A DNA stretch of 64,000 nt from Cycas panzhihuaensis (taxonomy: Eukaryota; Plantae; Cycadophyta): positions 126,859,741 through 126,923,740 of the forward strand of contig CM041465.1 of the NCBI GenBank assembly GCA_023213395.1. Reading direction: 5' to 3'. Below are positions 1 through 11,889 of the stretch, piece after piece; position 1 is the first letter of the stretch, and every line of letters begins with the position of its first letter. The notes beneath the pieces are model-generated. The model worked only from the letters and a program-made list of their open reading frames with translations, was not told where the DNA came from and searched no databases. The translations under genes were made by a program, and so were the position numbers.

Positions 1-3000
1 TTGAGAGTAAAATAACAATGAATAATCATATTATGCATATAATCCATGGTGCAAAATATCCCTAAAATTTCAAAGAACTAACTCATTCATCAATAATTTA
101 TGAAACGTATTTCATAACATATTGGAAAAAAATGAAGTTATTTGCTAAAATTTAAAAGAATAGGATTACATCTAAAAATGGCTTGTATAATTCTTGTTTG
201 CTTAGGATAGGGCTTTAACCCAACATAAAGGGAATAGGAAATTAGATAATTAGAAGCATTTATCTTGAAATAATTACTAAAGTGTCTTTAAGCTCTCCTT
301 TTTTATTCATTACCTACTTGTTCCTATCTATTCTTGTTTCATAGACATATTACCAATTTTGGATAAAATGTCCATGCTTTTCTTTGCTCTTATCCTTACT
401 TGTTGCTATTTCATTCTTAAATTTAAGGAAATCTCTAATTTAGATATGCAAGGATTTAAGTATAGTCTAGGATAACAAATATAAGGATGAAGATGAAACT
501 ATTTTGCCAAGATCTTCAAAGTTCACAACATGTTATCTATTTATAGATCAAATTATCCATATCTCAATATATATAAACATTGAAGAATTAGATTTAATGA
601 TCTATTTTATTGTATAATTTGGATTAAATTTTTATCATGTTGATCAATTTAATTCATGGTTACATAATAATATCTTCTCAATGAAATATACCTCTAAAGA
701 TAAGGTTTGCAAAGTTATTATTGATAGTGGTAACTATGTGAATATGGTTTTTAATGAGATACTAGAAAAACTAGGCTTGTATTATAAAAGATATCCTACT
801 TCCTACCAAATTTCTTGGGTCAAAAAAGGGAGTGAGGTACGTATGGATAAGAGGCATTTGGTAAAATTTACCATTAAGAATACATATCAAAATGAGGTAT
901 AATATGATGTTCTTGCAATGAATGCATGCCATGTTTTTTGAGGGAGGCTATGACAATATAATAGGAGTGTATATTATGACAAAAGGAAGAATACTCATAA
1001 CTTTTAAAAGGATGGTCTGAAAGTGGTGATGTTGTGTATGAAGGAAGAAGTGCAAGTAGAGACTATGTTGATAATAAAGGAATTTATGAGAGAAGTAAAG
1101 CTGACTAATATTTTTATTATGCCTTAATGGAAAGGAGGTTAAGGAAGAGGATGTACATATACCAGATGAGGCAACAAGCATACTAATAAAGTATATAGAT
1201 GTGATATGAGATGAGTTATTAGATGGATCACCACCTATGAGGGACATCTAATATCACACCAACCTGACTCTAGGACGAACCCTACTAAATTAACTAATCC
1301 ATAGAATGAGACCAATAGAGAATATAGAATTAAACAAACAAGTGAGTGAGTTAATAAGGAATGGTATGGCGAGGGAGAGATTAAGTCCATATATGACTCT
1401 TATATTATTGGCTCTAAAGAAATATGGTAGTTGGAGCATGTATTTCGATTATAAGGTAATAAAAAAGATTACCATCAAGTATACATTTCCTATACCTTGA
1501 ATGGATAACAGGATGGATGTGCTTAAAGGAGCTTTATCCTTCATGAAGATTGACCCAAAAGTGACTATTATTATATTCAAATTTAAGAAGGATATCATTG
1601 AAAATTTATCTTCAAAACCAAGGATGACTTGTATGAGTAAATGGTTATACTATTTATAATGTATAATTCACCAAGAATATTTATAAGGATGATGAACACA
1701 ATGATGAAATATTGTATTAGTAAGTTTATTGTGATCTATTTTGATGATTTTTTGATAGTTAGTAAAATTAAGTAATACCTAATGCACTTGAAGAAGGTAT
1801 TTGAGTTATTAAGGAAGGAGAAACTATATGCAAACTTAAAGAAATATAGATTCATGTAAAGGGGATTAGTATATTTAGGTATTTTTATTTCTCAATAAGG
1901 ATTTTAAATGGATTAAGATATGATCACAATAATTATTGAGTAGCCTACTCCACAAACTATGACAAAGGTAAGGAGCTTTAATGGGTTAGCTATTATTTAC
2001 AAAAGGTTCATCATGAACTTTAGTAGCATTGTTGCCTCAATTTTAGATTGCTTAAAAGGAAAGAAATTTGATTAGATGAGCACAACAAAATAGAGCTTCT
2101 ACTTGCTAAAGAAAAAGCTAATAAAGACACCTATTATTATATTTCCAGATTTTGGTAAAATTTTTACAGTTAATTATGATTCCTCACATGTGGCTATTGG
2201 AGAAATATTAAATCAAGAAAGAAGGCCAATAACATATTACAATGAAAAGTTGAATAACATAAGAAAAAAATATTCTACTTATAATATAGAATTCTATGTT
2301 ATTATATAAGCATTGAGGCATTAGAGTCAATATCTTATGCCTAAGGAGCTTATATTCTTTATAGACCATTAAGAATTAAGGTATGTAAATATGCAGAAGA
2401 AGACAAATGTTAGATACACAAAGTGGTTTTCATATTTGTAGGGATTTACTTTCATCCTAAAGCATAAATATGGAAAGTAAAATCAAGTTGGAAATATATT
2501 AAGTAGAAGAGTAGTCCTATTAACCATTATGATCAATGAAGTGGTTAGATTTGGTGCTTTCAAGGATTTATATGATACTAATCTAAATTTTAGCGATGTT
2601 ATGGAATATTGTGGGAATCCCTTAGTTAATGGGAATGAGTTTAAGTATAAGGACTATTTCATGTAAGATGGATACCTATTAAAGGAAAGATAATTATGTA
2701 TTATGGTTGGATCCATGAGGGAAAATATTATGAAGGAATTGCATAATGGGGGTCTTAGAGGATACTTTAGCAGGAATAAGATGATAAATTTAGTGGAGGA
2801 GAAGTATTATTAGACATAAAGCACAATACAGAAAAGTATATGGCAAGGTACAAGATTTATTAAGTGGCAAGAGGACATATACATAACACTAAACTATATA
2901 TACCATTACCAATGTTAGAAAGACCATGGACATATTTGAGTATGGACTTTATGTTAGGATTACTAAGCACCCAATGAGATTATGATTTTATCTTTATTAT

Positions 3001-4399
3001 TATAGATTTAAAAATGGTTTATCTTATTGCATATAAAAAGACTAGTAATGTAATAGGGATAGTAGACTTATTTTTTAAAGAGGTTGCTAGGTTATATAGG
3101 GTGTTAAAAACTACAACTTTATATAGAGATAAAAAGTTTTTGAGTTAATTCTTAAAAATATTATGGATGAAGTTGGGAAAAAAGTTATAATTTAGTAATC
3201 CTTAACATCCATAAATTAATGGGTAGATGAAGCTGGTAAATTAGATTTTAGGGAACCTATTAAGATGATTATTATAGAAAAGCCCTTGCATTGGTACTTG
3301 GTATTAGTATAGAATGAGTTTGCTTATAACAAATCTATGAATAGATTAATAAGTAAGTCACCATTTTAAATTATATATGGTAGGAATCCTAAGAGGAGTA
3401 TCAGTTTTGATATAATTATCCATTAGGTATAAGATAAGCTATGATGTAGAGGCTTTTGTAAAAAATATACAAGAAGTACATGATAATGTGAAAAAGAAAC
3501 TATTTGACAATAATGACAAGTATGAGGAAGCGATAAATCTAAGTAGAAGAAATAAGATATTTGAAAAAGTGGATTTGGTGATGGTGTACTTAAGGAATGA
3601 TAGGTTTCCTCAAGGTACATATAACAAGTTAAAATATAAGAAGATAGATTCATACATAATTATAAATAAATTTAATAGCAATGCCTATTAGGTGAATCTA
3701 TCCTAGAATATTAATATTTCACTTGTATTTAGTGTTTCTAATTTGTATGATTTTCAAAAAAGAGATGATTAGGTAGATGATAAGGAAGAAGAGGTGAATT
3801 GGAGGCAATAAATACTAAGGAAGAAGAGGGATGCAATGGAGCATCTATTAGATAAGAAAATAGTTTCTACAAGATATGGAAATTATGATAGGTATTTGGT
3901 CTAATGGAAAGGCCTACACTAGAAGGATATTACCTAGATTTCTTAAGATAAACTAATACCTAACTAATTAGAAGGACAATACCTAAATTTCCAACTAATT
4001 TTAAACTAAGAAGAATTATTTCCCCTAATAGTATTTGATTCTATACCTTAAAGGGTTATAGAATAGACTTAATGGGAATAAGACATCCTAAGTTACAAAG
4101 GCATTATGTACTTAAGAATAAAAGTAAATAACCTACTATAAAGTGGTCTCAAACTCAGAAGTATATTATGTAAGATGTTTGTAAGTTATGGGTGGATTGT
4201 ATTGAATTAACCCATAATAATATTTAGGAGGGATCAAATAAGTGCTTTATGAAAGCTTCAAAAGAACTTTTCCATCCCTAACAAGATTTACCACCAAAGA
4301 GATCTCGTCATGATATAATCAAGGTAGGTCTATAATGTCACAAATAGAGGAATTAACACTAAGCCAATAAATCTCTAAAGTACATCTCTCTAAATCACT
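1..4399 (+). repeat. Recent segmental duplicate of 42264-46642
   Basis: Near-identical sequence. ORF pairs 1306/43548, 2103/44345 and 3423/45665 share an offset of 42242. Homology ends at AAATCACT. Confidence 0.97.
660..3960 (+). mobile_element. Decayed Ty3/Gypsy chromovirus (CRM-like) pol remnant: protease, RT, RNase H, integrase, chromodomain; copy 1
   Basis: CKVIIDSG protease motif (ORF 681-902), ITIKYTFPIP and IYFDD RT motifs, DSSHVAIG RNase H, SMDFMLGL integrase, GPF-like region (3488-3691), RYLV*WKG chromodomain near 3890. Many stops and frameshifts. Confidence 0.9.
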
Positions 4400-5669
4400 T
4401 TATGTGGATGACCTTATATATATTGGAAATGACTCCCACTTGTTATAACAATTTAATGATGTTATGTGTAAAGAATATGAGGTGACATATTTAGGGCTAA
4501 TTCATTGCTTCCTAAGCTTGGAAGTATGGCAAGACAAGAAGGGCATTTTTATTTCCCAATAGAAATATACCCTAGATTTATTAAAAAAGTTTAGGATGAT
4601 TAACTGTAAACCTTTGGCAACTGTAGTAGAAATTAGAATCAATCTCTCTAAGTCAGATGATTCTACATTAGTCAACCCTATGCTCTACAAATAACTAATC
4701 AACAACTTGATATATCGATATCCACTCAACCTAATATAACACACTTAGTTGGTATTGTGTCTAGATTTATGTAAGATCTAAAGACCATCCATTGGCAAAC
4801 AATAAAAGGAATTCTCTGTTATCTCAAAGGAACTTTAGAGTATGGGTTATATTACAAAGCTTCATCAAAATTTTAGTTGATAGGTTATATAGACTCAGAT
4901 TAGGTAAGAGACATTAATGATAGGAAATCCACAGCAGGTTATATGTTTAGTATGGAATCAAGAACTATAGCATGGAGTACTAAGAAACAGAACACATTTT
5001 CCTTATCTACAACTGATGCAGAGTAAAAAGCATTGGTTGCAAGTGCATGTGAATTAGTTTGGTTGAGAAGACTACTACAAGATTTTTGGTTAAAACAAAA
5101 ATGTGCCATAAGAATTTGGTTTGATAATCTGAGTATTATTTAGATGGAAAAGAATCTAGTTTTTCATGGTAGAACAAAACACATTAAGACTCAATATTGC
5201 TTCATTCATAAACTAGTTCAAGTAAAAGAAATTGAATTGGCCTATTATAGCACTGAAGACCAAGTAGTAAGTATCTTCATAAAGTCATTAGGCAAAGTTA
5301 AATTCTAGAAATTCAGAGACAGTTTGAGAGTTATTCACATTCGGTATTATGAGGGAGAATGTTGGGATAATACCTAATGCACATTTACTACCATGCACTT
5401 AGGCCTCTCAAAGCCACCTTTGGGCCTTCTTAGGGCATTATTAAGGTATGTGTATATTTATTACTTTTATTTTTTAATACTAATTTGAATTATTGGTAGG
5501 TCAGGTTGAGATGCTTGTCACCTCCCTAAAATCTCTTATAAAAGGGGTGGGAATATCTCCCTGGTGTTTTTTAACACTGCCCTCGATTCAATCTAAATTA
5601 TTAACTCAAAGTGAGCTACAATACACTCACCAAGTTAATCATCATTATTTACACCTCACACATCCTTCA
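4400..5669 (+). mobile_element. 3' half of a Ty1/Copia element (RT C-terminus, RNase H, PPT, 310-bp 3' LTR)
   Basis: Begins at YVDDLIYIG. GYIDSD, RTKHI and TEDQV RNase H motifs. PPT GAGGGAGAA 5351-5359. LTR TGTTGG...CA 5360-5669, after which the Gypsy integrase homologous to ~50632 onward resumes. Confidence 0.88.
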
Positions 5670-7272
5670 GAATCTACCTATGTTAATCTTTGGATTTAGA
5701 AAAGAGCATCCTTTTGAAAGGGCATGCAATACTATCCTCTATGTATTCAAGTTTTGATAAAACTTATGATTATATCAGAAGATCATTTTACTAGTTGGGA
5801 TAAAAATCTAACATTCAACACTTCATTGTATCTTTTGATATTTGCCAATGACAAAAGTTAGAGGCAGTAAAACTTCCTAGTTAACTTCAGCCATTTCTAA
5901 TTCTAGGTCATAAATGGACATATATTAATATGGATTTTATTATAAGACTACCTAAATCTATAAGTAAAGATACTATTTTGGTTATTATGGATAGCCTAAT
6001 AAAATATGCATATTTATTCCACTATATAATACAATATCTATAATTTAAATTGGTGAGTTATTTATGAATACAATCCATTGCCTCCATGGGTTTCCTCAAA
6101 TAATTGTCAATAATCGAGACCTAAAGTTTACAAGTAAATTCTGGTCTAAATTATTTTAACTAGTAGGCACTTAACTGAATTTGAGTATGCCCCACCATCT
6201 ATAAATGAATGGACAAATTGAGTCTATTAACAAATCTCTTGAAGGATATTTTCATTGCTTTGTAATAGATAACTAATCGCAATGGGTATAATGGGTACAC
6301 TTTACTGAGTATTGATACAATACTTCATTCATTTAGTAATCAAGATGTCTCCCTTCCTAGAACTTCATTGTTACCAATCTTTAGACATTAATTCCTTTCT
6401 CTAGAAAATAATAAAAGCAACAACAATTAAAGAAATCTAGCAATAAACTTTAGATCTTCTTTAAGCTCTCAAAGATAAACTATAACTAGCTTAAAATTAT
6501 ATGAAGAAACAAGCTGATACTGATCATTATGCAAGAGAATTCAACATTGGTGATTAAGTTTTTTTTCACCTATAACCTTATAAATAGTCATCATTCAAGT
6601 CTTATAGTGAATTGGTTCTATCGCTTATGTTTTGGATATATATATGCTCAAATTTATAATATTTTTTATGTTTCTAACCTCAAACCCAAAACTAACTCCT
6701 TGGTCATAACACTAATAGCATTACCTATACTTGATGAAGAAGGTCAACTTATCTTAAGTCCAAAAGGAAGTTTAGATGTGTTGGAAATCAACTTGCACAA
6801 CAATCTTCACAAATACAACAGAACAACTCCATAGGATCGAACAGTACCCTTAAGGTACCTCCATTGTATTAACGGAAATCATTACAACATCATCTTAATA
6901 AGATACACAATATTGTGTATTTATAATACAAGTCATATTAGAAGAGTAGGACCCACTTGCATGTGGGATAAATCAAATGTACATTAATATTCTAACACTC
7001 CCCCTTAATGTACGTTTGGGTCATTTGTATTTGCATCGCTTTGTCCTTGGAAATGTCTTGAGAATGACGTCTTCAACCTGATCCTTATCTTCAATCTTGT
7101 AGTGATGTCTTTGCTGTAGAATGATGTCTTCATCTTGATTTTTGTCTTCAATTCTATACCGATGCCTTTGTAAGATGACATCCTCAGCTTGATTTCCATC
7201 TTTAATTCTATAGTAACGATGTTGATGTAGATGCTCTAGCAAGTGTAAATCCTGATTCTTTCTTGTGACTAG

Positions 7273-9861
7273 TGGACGCGCTGCTACGTGATAACTACCT
7301 AACTGATAGGTGTAAGAGAGGATGAGTGGTGGAATGATGGAAGGTGGGACCTAAAAGGTGGGTAACTACCACGCAGAGCACCCGTCTGCGCCGAGCGAGT
7401 TTGGGATCTGCAATGGAGTATGGCTACTGTCGGGTGACCCTTCACCGCTTCGAATAAGGGGTGAAGGTGCGTAGGGCGAACCTGAGTTGACTGAATAGGA
7501 CCCTCCCACCCTTGGGTGGCCAGAAGGGGGGAAGAGAAGACCTAATGGAGACAGGCTAAGGACAATCCTACATGACCTAACCGGGTACACGAGTGATGCG
7601 GGAAGCAAGGCACTCGTGTGGTCAAGGGGAGAGGAGGAACGGTAGGGGAGAGGAGGACTCCTACAATCTTTCCTACGAATGATAAAGATGCATGAAACAA
7701 GACAAAAGAATCGCAAACAAGTACCAAACCAATTTTTCCCTTTTATCCTTCAATGTACTAATTACTACGAAAGAAATAAAAGGAAAAGAAAGGGTAGCGG
7801 AGGGGAACGAATGTGCACCTGGAGTGAAGGCGTGCGAGACGAAGTAACCTTCTCGAGGAGCACCCAACCACTCCGTGACGCATCGGATGTGAGATATTGC
7901 ATGGACGAAGAGGGGGCTTCCTTACCTTCCCCGGAAAATCAAATGCAATACCAAGAAAGAAAGGAAGCACCAACTAAGAAATGAAATAGCATGAAAACAT
8001 AACGCACATGAAGGTGCTTACTGGTAGCTAGGCCCACGGGCGATGCACTCCACGCTTCCCAAGTACCTGCAAGCAGTAGCGGTCTCTTTCTCTTCCCGAA
8101 GGAAGAGCACTAACATGCAACACAAAAACTCTAACAATATACGCCTAAATAACATAAACGAGAATTTGAATATACATGCGTTAGTGCTAATCCAACAATG
8201 AAAGTGTCAAAAGAAAGTGACCAAAGTGAAAGTAAATGGTTGGGTAAGCCTCGGAGTGGCCTACCTCCTACAAATGATGCCCAAACCTCCCCTCAAGAGC
8301 CACGAGGCGTGAGGGAAAGTCAAGAGCAAGGGCGGAAAATAGCGCAAAAGGGGCAAAGAAAGGCCCAAGGGTACCCACTACGAACTGTGATGCTATGAGG
8401 AGCAAACCGAGTGACCCGAGGAAGAAAGGTGGAGCAAGAAACCAACGGTTGGGGCTTATGAGTGATGCCCAAACCTGAGCAAAAGGTTCCAAATCAGCGC
8501 TGCAACTTGTGACAGCGCTGGTTTGGGCAACCAAAGGGAGCCTTCAAACCCTTGTTTGCAAGCCAAGGGCAGCACGGGGCGAGAGGGAGGTTTTGGGGGG
8601 CTTAGACCCGCCTAGGGAGCATGGAAGGTGGTACGGAATCCACCCAGCTCCTCTCTAAAACCTATGCAACCCCTCCACACCGCTGCCTTGGACAGCAAAC
8701 ACAGGCAAGGAGCACAGGGAGAGTGGTATAACAGCCCCCAAAAAGGAGGACAACCAACTCTCAAGCAACAAATAAGAGCAAACAAGCTGAAGCATGAATA
8801 TCACAAGAAAACAAGCATAAACAAGGAATACCTGGAGAGAAGAGGCAAGGGATTTGCCTCAGCCAAAGGGAAGTGGAGAGGGACTGATAAATCAGCCCAG
8901 ATCTGAAGTAGAGTAGGTTTGAGGCCCTGCTACGGAGGTGTGATGGGAAACACCTGCGCTTGGGGCGCTTATGGACTGTCTGGATGAAGACCGGCTAGAA
9001 ACCACTTCAAAGGAGCCATCTCCAAGGCGTTTGAGGGGCTGGGAGAATGTCTCAGCCACGCCGAAGGAGAGCTGGGCACTGTATGAAGGGTGCAGGTCCA
9101 ACTGATGCAGTAAACAGCAGAGAGAAGCAGAGTAGGAGAGTGTTTCCTTGAGAGCAATTCCAAAAGTGAGCCAAAAAAAAAAACTTGAAAATGAGCCAAA
9201 AAAGGCTTAAGTACTCAAGCAAAACCCTAAAGCGTGTGATTAGGGCGCAGCTAGAAGAGAAATAAAGCGCGATCCACGTGGCAGTTTTGCAATAAATATG
9301 AAATTACCAATGATTTTTAAAACAACCCGAGACAACAGATCTTGCCAGAATATTCACGGTACCGCGAATATTCCGGCGGTATCGCGAAAAATCCAGCGGT
9401 ACGTACCTAGAGTTGAAAATGGGGCCTACCAACCAGTCCAGGTTGGGGGCAAACAACAGAAAAGGCTAACATAACGCTAAAACACCTACCCGGGAGCAAA
9501 CAAGCCGATAAAATGGGTCCAAAGGAGCAAAAATAGGGCTCGAGTGGGGTGGCAAGTTGACCAAACGATGATGAGTCATCACACGGGTAGAGGTGGCGCA
9601 AACCTAATGGATCCAGGAGCGAGGAGGGCAGATGCGGGAAGTAATACGGTCACCAGGGTGCCACACTCGCTGGGAGTGTGCCCCTGCTATAGTCATCATA
9701 GGCTAGCATAGGTGTGGGCGACTACAAAGCCGCCCACAAAGTCATACACATGTAGATACGCAAGCAAACATCCAGTAAAAGAAAGCGGTGATAACGCGAG
9801 AGACATACCTGCACTTACCTGAGTCGGTGATTCCGTATCCATTCCCAGAAGCCGGGAAACA
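7273..9861 (-). repeat. 3' LTR of the Tat element (~2.59 kb)
   Basis: Direct repeat of 22888-25457. Starts TGGACGCG, ends GGGAAACA, abuts the PPT (AAGGAGGCAG on the minus strand). Confidence 0.95.
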
Positions 9862-10269
9862 CTGCCTCCTTGGCAGCAGAGCCTCGCCGCTCGGAAGCCT
9901 GGTGCGATGGCGAATGCTGGCAACACAACTGTCAGTAGCACATGTGTATATAGATATATCAATCAAGATCATAACAATAGGCAAGGGTGCCGGCGAGTGT
10001 CGTGGCAGGACGCGTGGATACGAAAACGGCGGTGGAGACGACATAGGGGCTGCCTATGGGCCACATGGAAACCGACTGGAAGAATGAGACAGGTGAGGGG
10101 TTGCCCCCACCACAAAGGATGCAAAGGAACATGCATAGCTAAATAAAGAACAAATAGTGGATACCATAGTTTTACCTCATTAGTAACCTGGTTTCAGAGG
10201 CGCGAACGGATCGCAAAGCAAAGTGACACACGACCTGGGGCTTGGGCGACGGGAAGGCTATGCAAACCT

Positions 10270-10670
10270 CAAGGACGGTAAGCAAGAAGGGAGAGGCGAC
10301 GCTCAAGGATGAGGCGAACGAGGCTATCTGCCTCAGCGTTGAGGGCCCGAGGGATATCCGGATACTAATGAAGAAAAGTCCAAGAGGGATCTGGCGGCAG
10401 AAGCAAGAGTCCTCAAGTGAGGGCATCGCACCTGGTAAACCTGGGTGAGATGAGACACCACAACTTGAGAGTCGCAAAATAAAACAATGGGTCCGTGATG
10501 GAAGCAAAGAGCGTTAGTGAGGGCTTCAATAACGGCTGTATACTCGGCCAAGATTGGTAGCCTCGGGAGGAAGATCCCGAGGAGGAGATCATGTCCAAGG
10601 GTCATGGAGGATCCACGCAACGAGAAGGTCCAGATTACCGCGGCTCGCCGTCAGAAAGATGTAGACAGAC
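10270..10670 (-). pseudogene. Additional (archaeal-type) RNase H domain, detached from pol, frameshifted
   Basis: YIF-DG-ASRGN (broken by 1-nt deletions), AEYTAVIEALTNAL, DSQVVVSHLTQVYQVRCPHL and DIPRALNAEADSL match the D/E/D/D pattern of RNase HI-like (RVT_3) domains. Confidence 0.88.
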
Positions 10671-11180
10671 ATCGGCGACACAAAATCCAAGCAATCAATG
10701 GGTGATGAAAGCAACGCACAACAAGTCGCCAGAAATGGCCGTGAAGGGTAGGAGGACCTAGCAATGAGGTAACCTGTGGTGAGAGCAGACAATCCGATCA
10801 CCGGAGAGCGGTCGGACGGAAAACCCTTGGAGTGCCAAAAGGTCGCCTTTAGAAAGCGAAACATGCCCCCGAGTGGGGGGGCATTCCTTTTGGGGACTCC
10901 AAGAGCGAGAAAGGACTGCGGAAATGATTCCAGGGTGGCGAAATGAGCCAAATGAGTATAGACTCGGGCAGGCACGGGTGTAGTGCGTAAAACGATGCAG
11001 AAGGGCCCTGGCGAAAGCGCGATGATGATGCACCATAAATGCCCTTGCCGAGGGACAAAAAGGGCACCAATATAGCGCAATTGACGACAGGGCCAGAAGG
11101 CAAAGGTACTCGGGGCAACGAGAGGGTCCCAACGACTGCCACGAGACCAAAAACTGAGGAAGTGCCCGTCGGGGGCCCCG

Positions 11181-11190
11181 CTTATATAAG
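11181..11190. promoter_or_regulatory. Candidate internal TATA box CTTATATAAG (self-complementary)
   Basis: Isolated TATA motif in GC-rich context, upstream of the aRH ORF on the minus strand. Confidence 0.45.
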
Positions 11191-11520
11191 GAAATCGACG
11201 GGAAAATGGATTCATTTTCACCGGCTCTCATACGAAACCAGAGCCATTTCCTTACGCAACGGAGCGCCACCCAACTTTAGAGGCACACAGGGAGAGATCG
11301 GACCATTGGATCAGGGAGTGGGGACAGCCAGCACGACCAACCAGACGACATGGCGATAGCGAGACCAGATCCAGTGAGTGGAAATCACTAAACCTGACCC
11401 AAATCGAAGTTTGAAGTTCCTGGTTTTTTGTAGCTTTTAAAGTTATTTTTGCATAGTCTCAGTGCCCCTTATGGGCAATGACAGGCTTCCCGGGATCTGA
11501 ATCGGACCCAGAAAGAGGCG

Positions 11521-11725
11521 GGGACCTGGGCATTAGGGAGCCCTGGTCCCGGTGGGCCCCATGGGGTCCACCAGAAGAAATTTTTGGTTTTTTTGGGCAG
11601 GAACCCCCCCCTTTAGGGGGGTCGCCGTTCATACCGCGGCAATGATCACGGTGCCATGATCATTACCGCGGGCCCCGAATCGCCGCGGGACCCATGCCAA
11701 ACTTAGCGGTACCGCTAAGTTTGGC
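11521..11725. repeat. Cluster of five hairpins/palindromes
   Basis: 11521-11550, 11551-11572, 11603-11621, 11634-11671, and the perfect 30-bp palindrome GCCAAACTTAGCGGTACCGCTAAGTTTGGC at 11696-11725. Confidence 0.9.
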
Positions 11726-11889
11726 GCGGTACGAAGGCAGCAAGGCAGAAAAATAGACATGGGGGTTAAAAGAGCCCCAAATCTCAGGCAGAGTGGGATT
11801 TGAGAGAGAGAGAGGTAATAATAGCTGACATGAGACTGACTTGAGGTGTTTTTGGTGTGAACAGTCGTCTCATAGATAACCGCGAGAAT

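Noticed and set aside
7366-9601. Repeated short ORFs (MRFFCLVSC..., MKVSKESDQ...) as a gene family
   Set aside because: They lie inside the LTRs, change frame between copies and show no recognisable domain.
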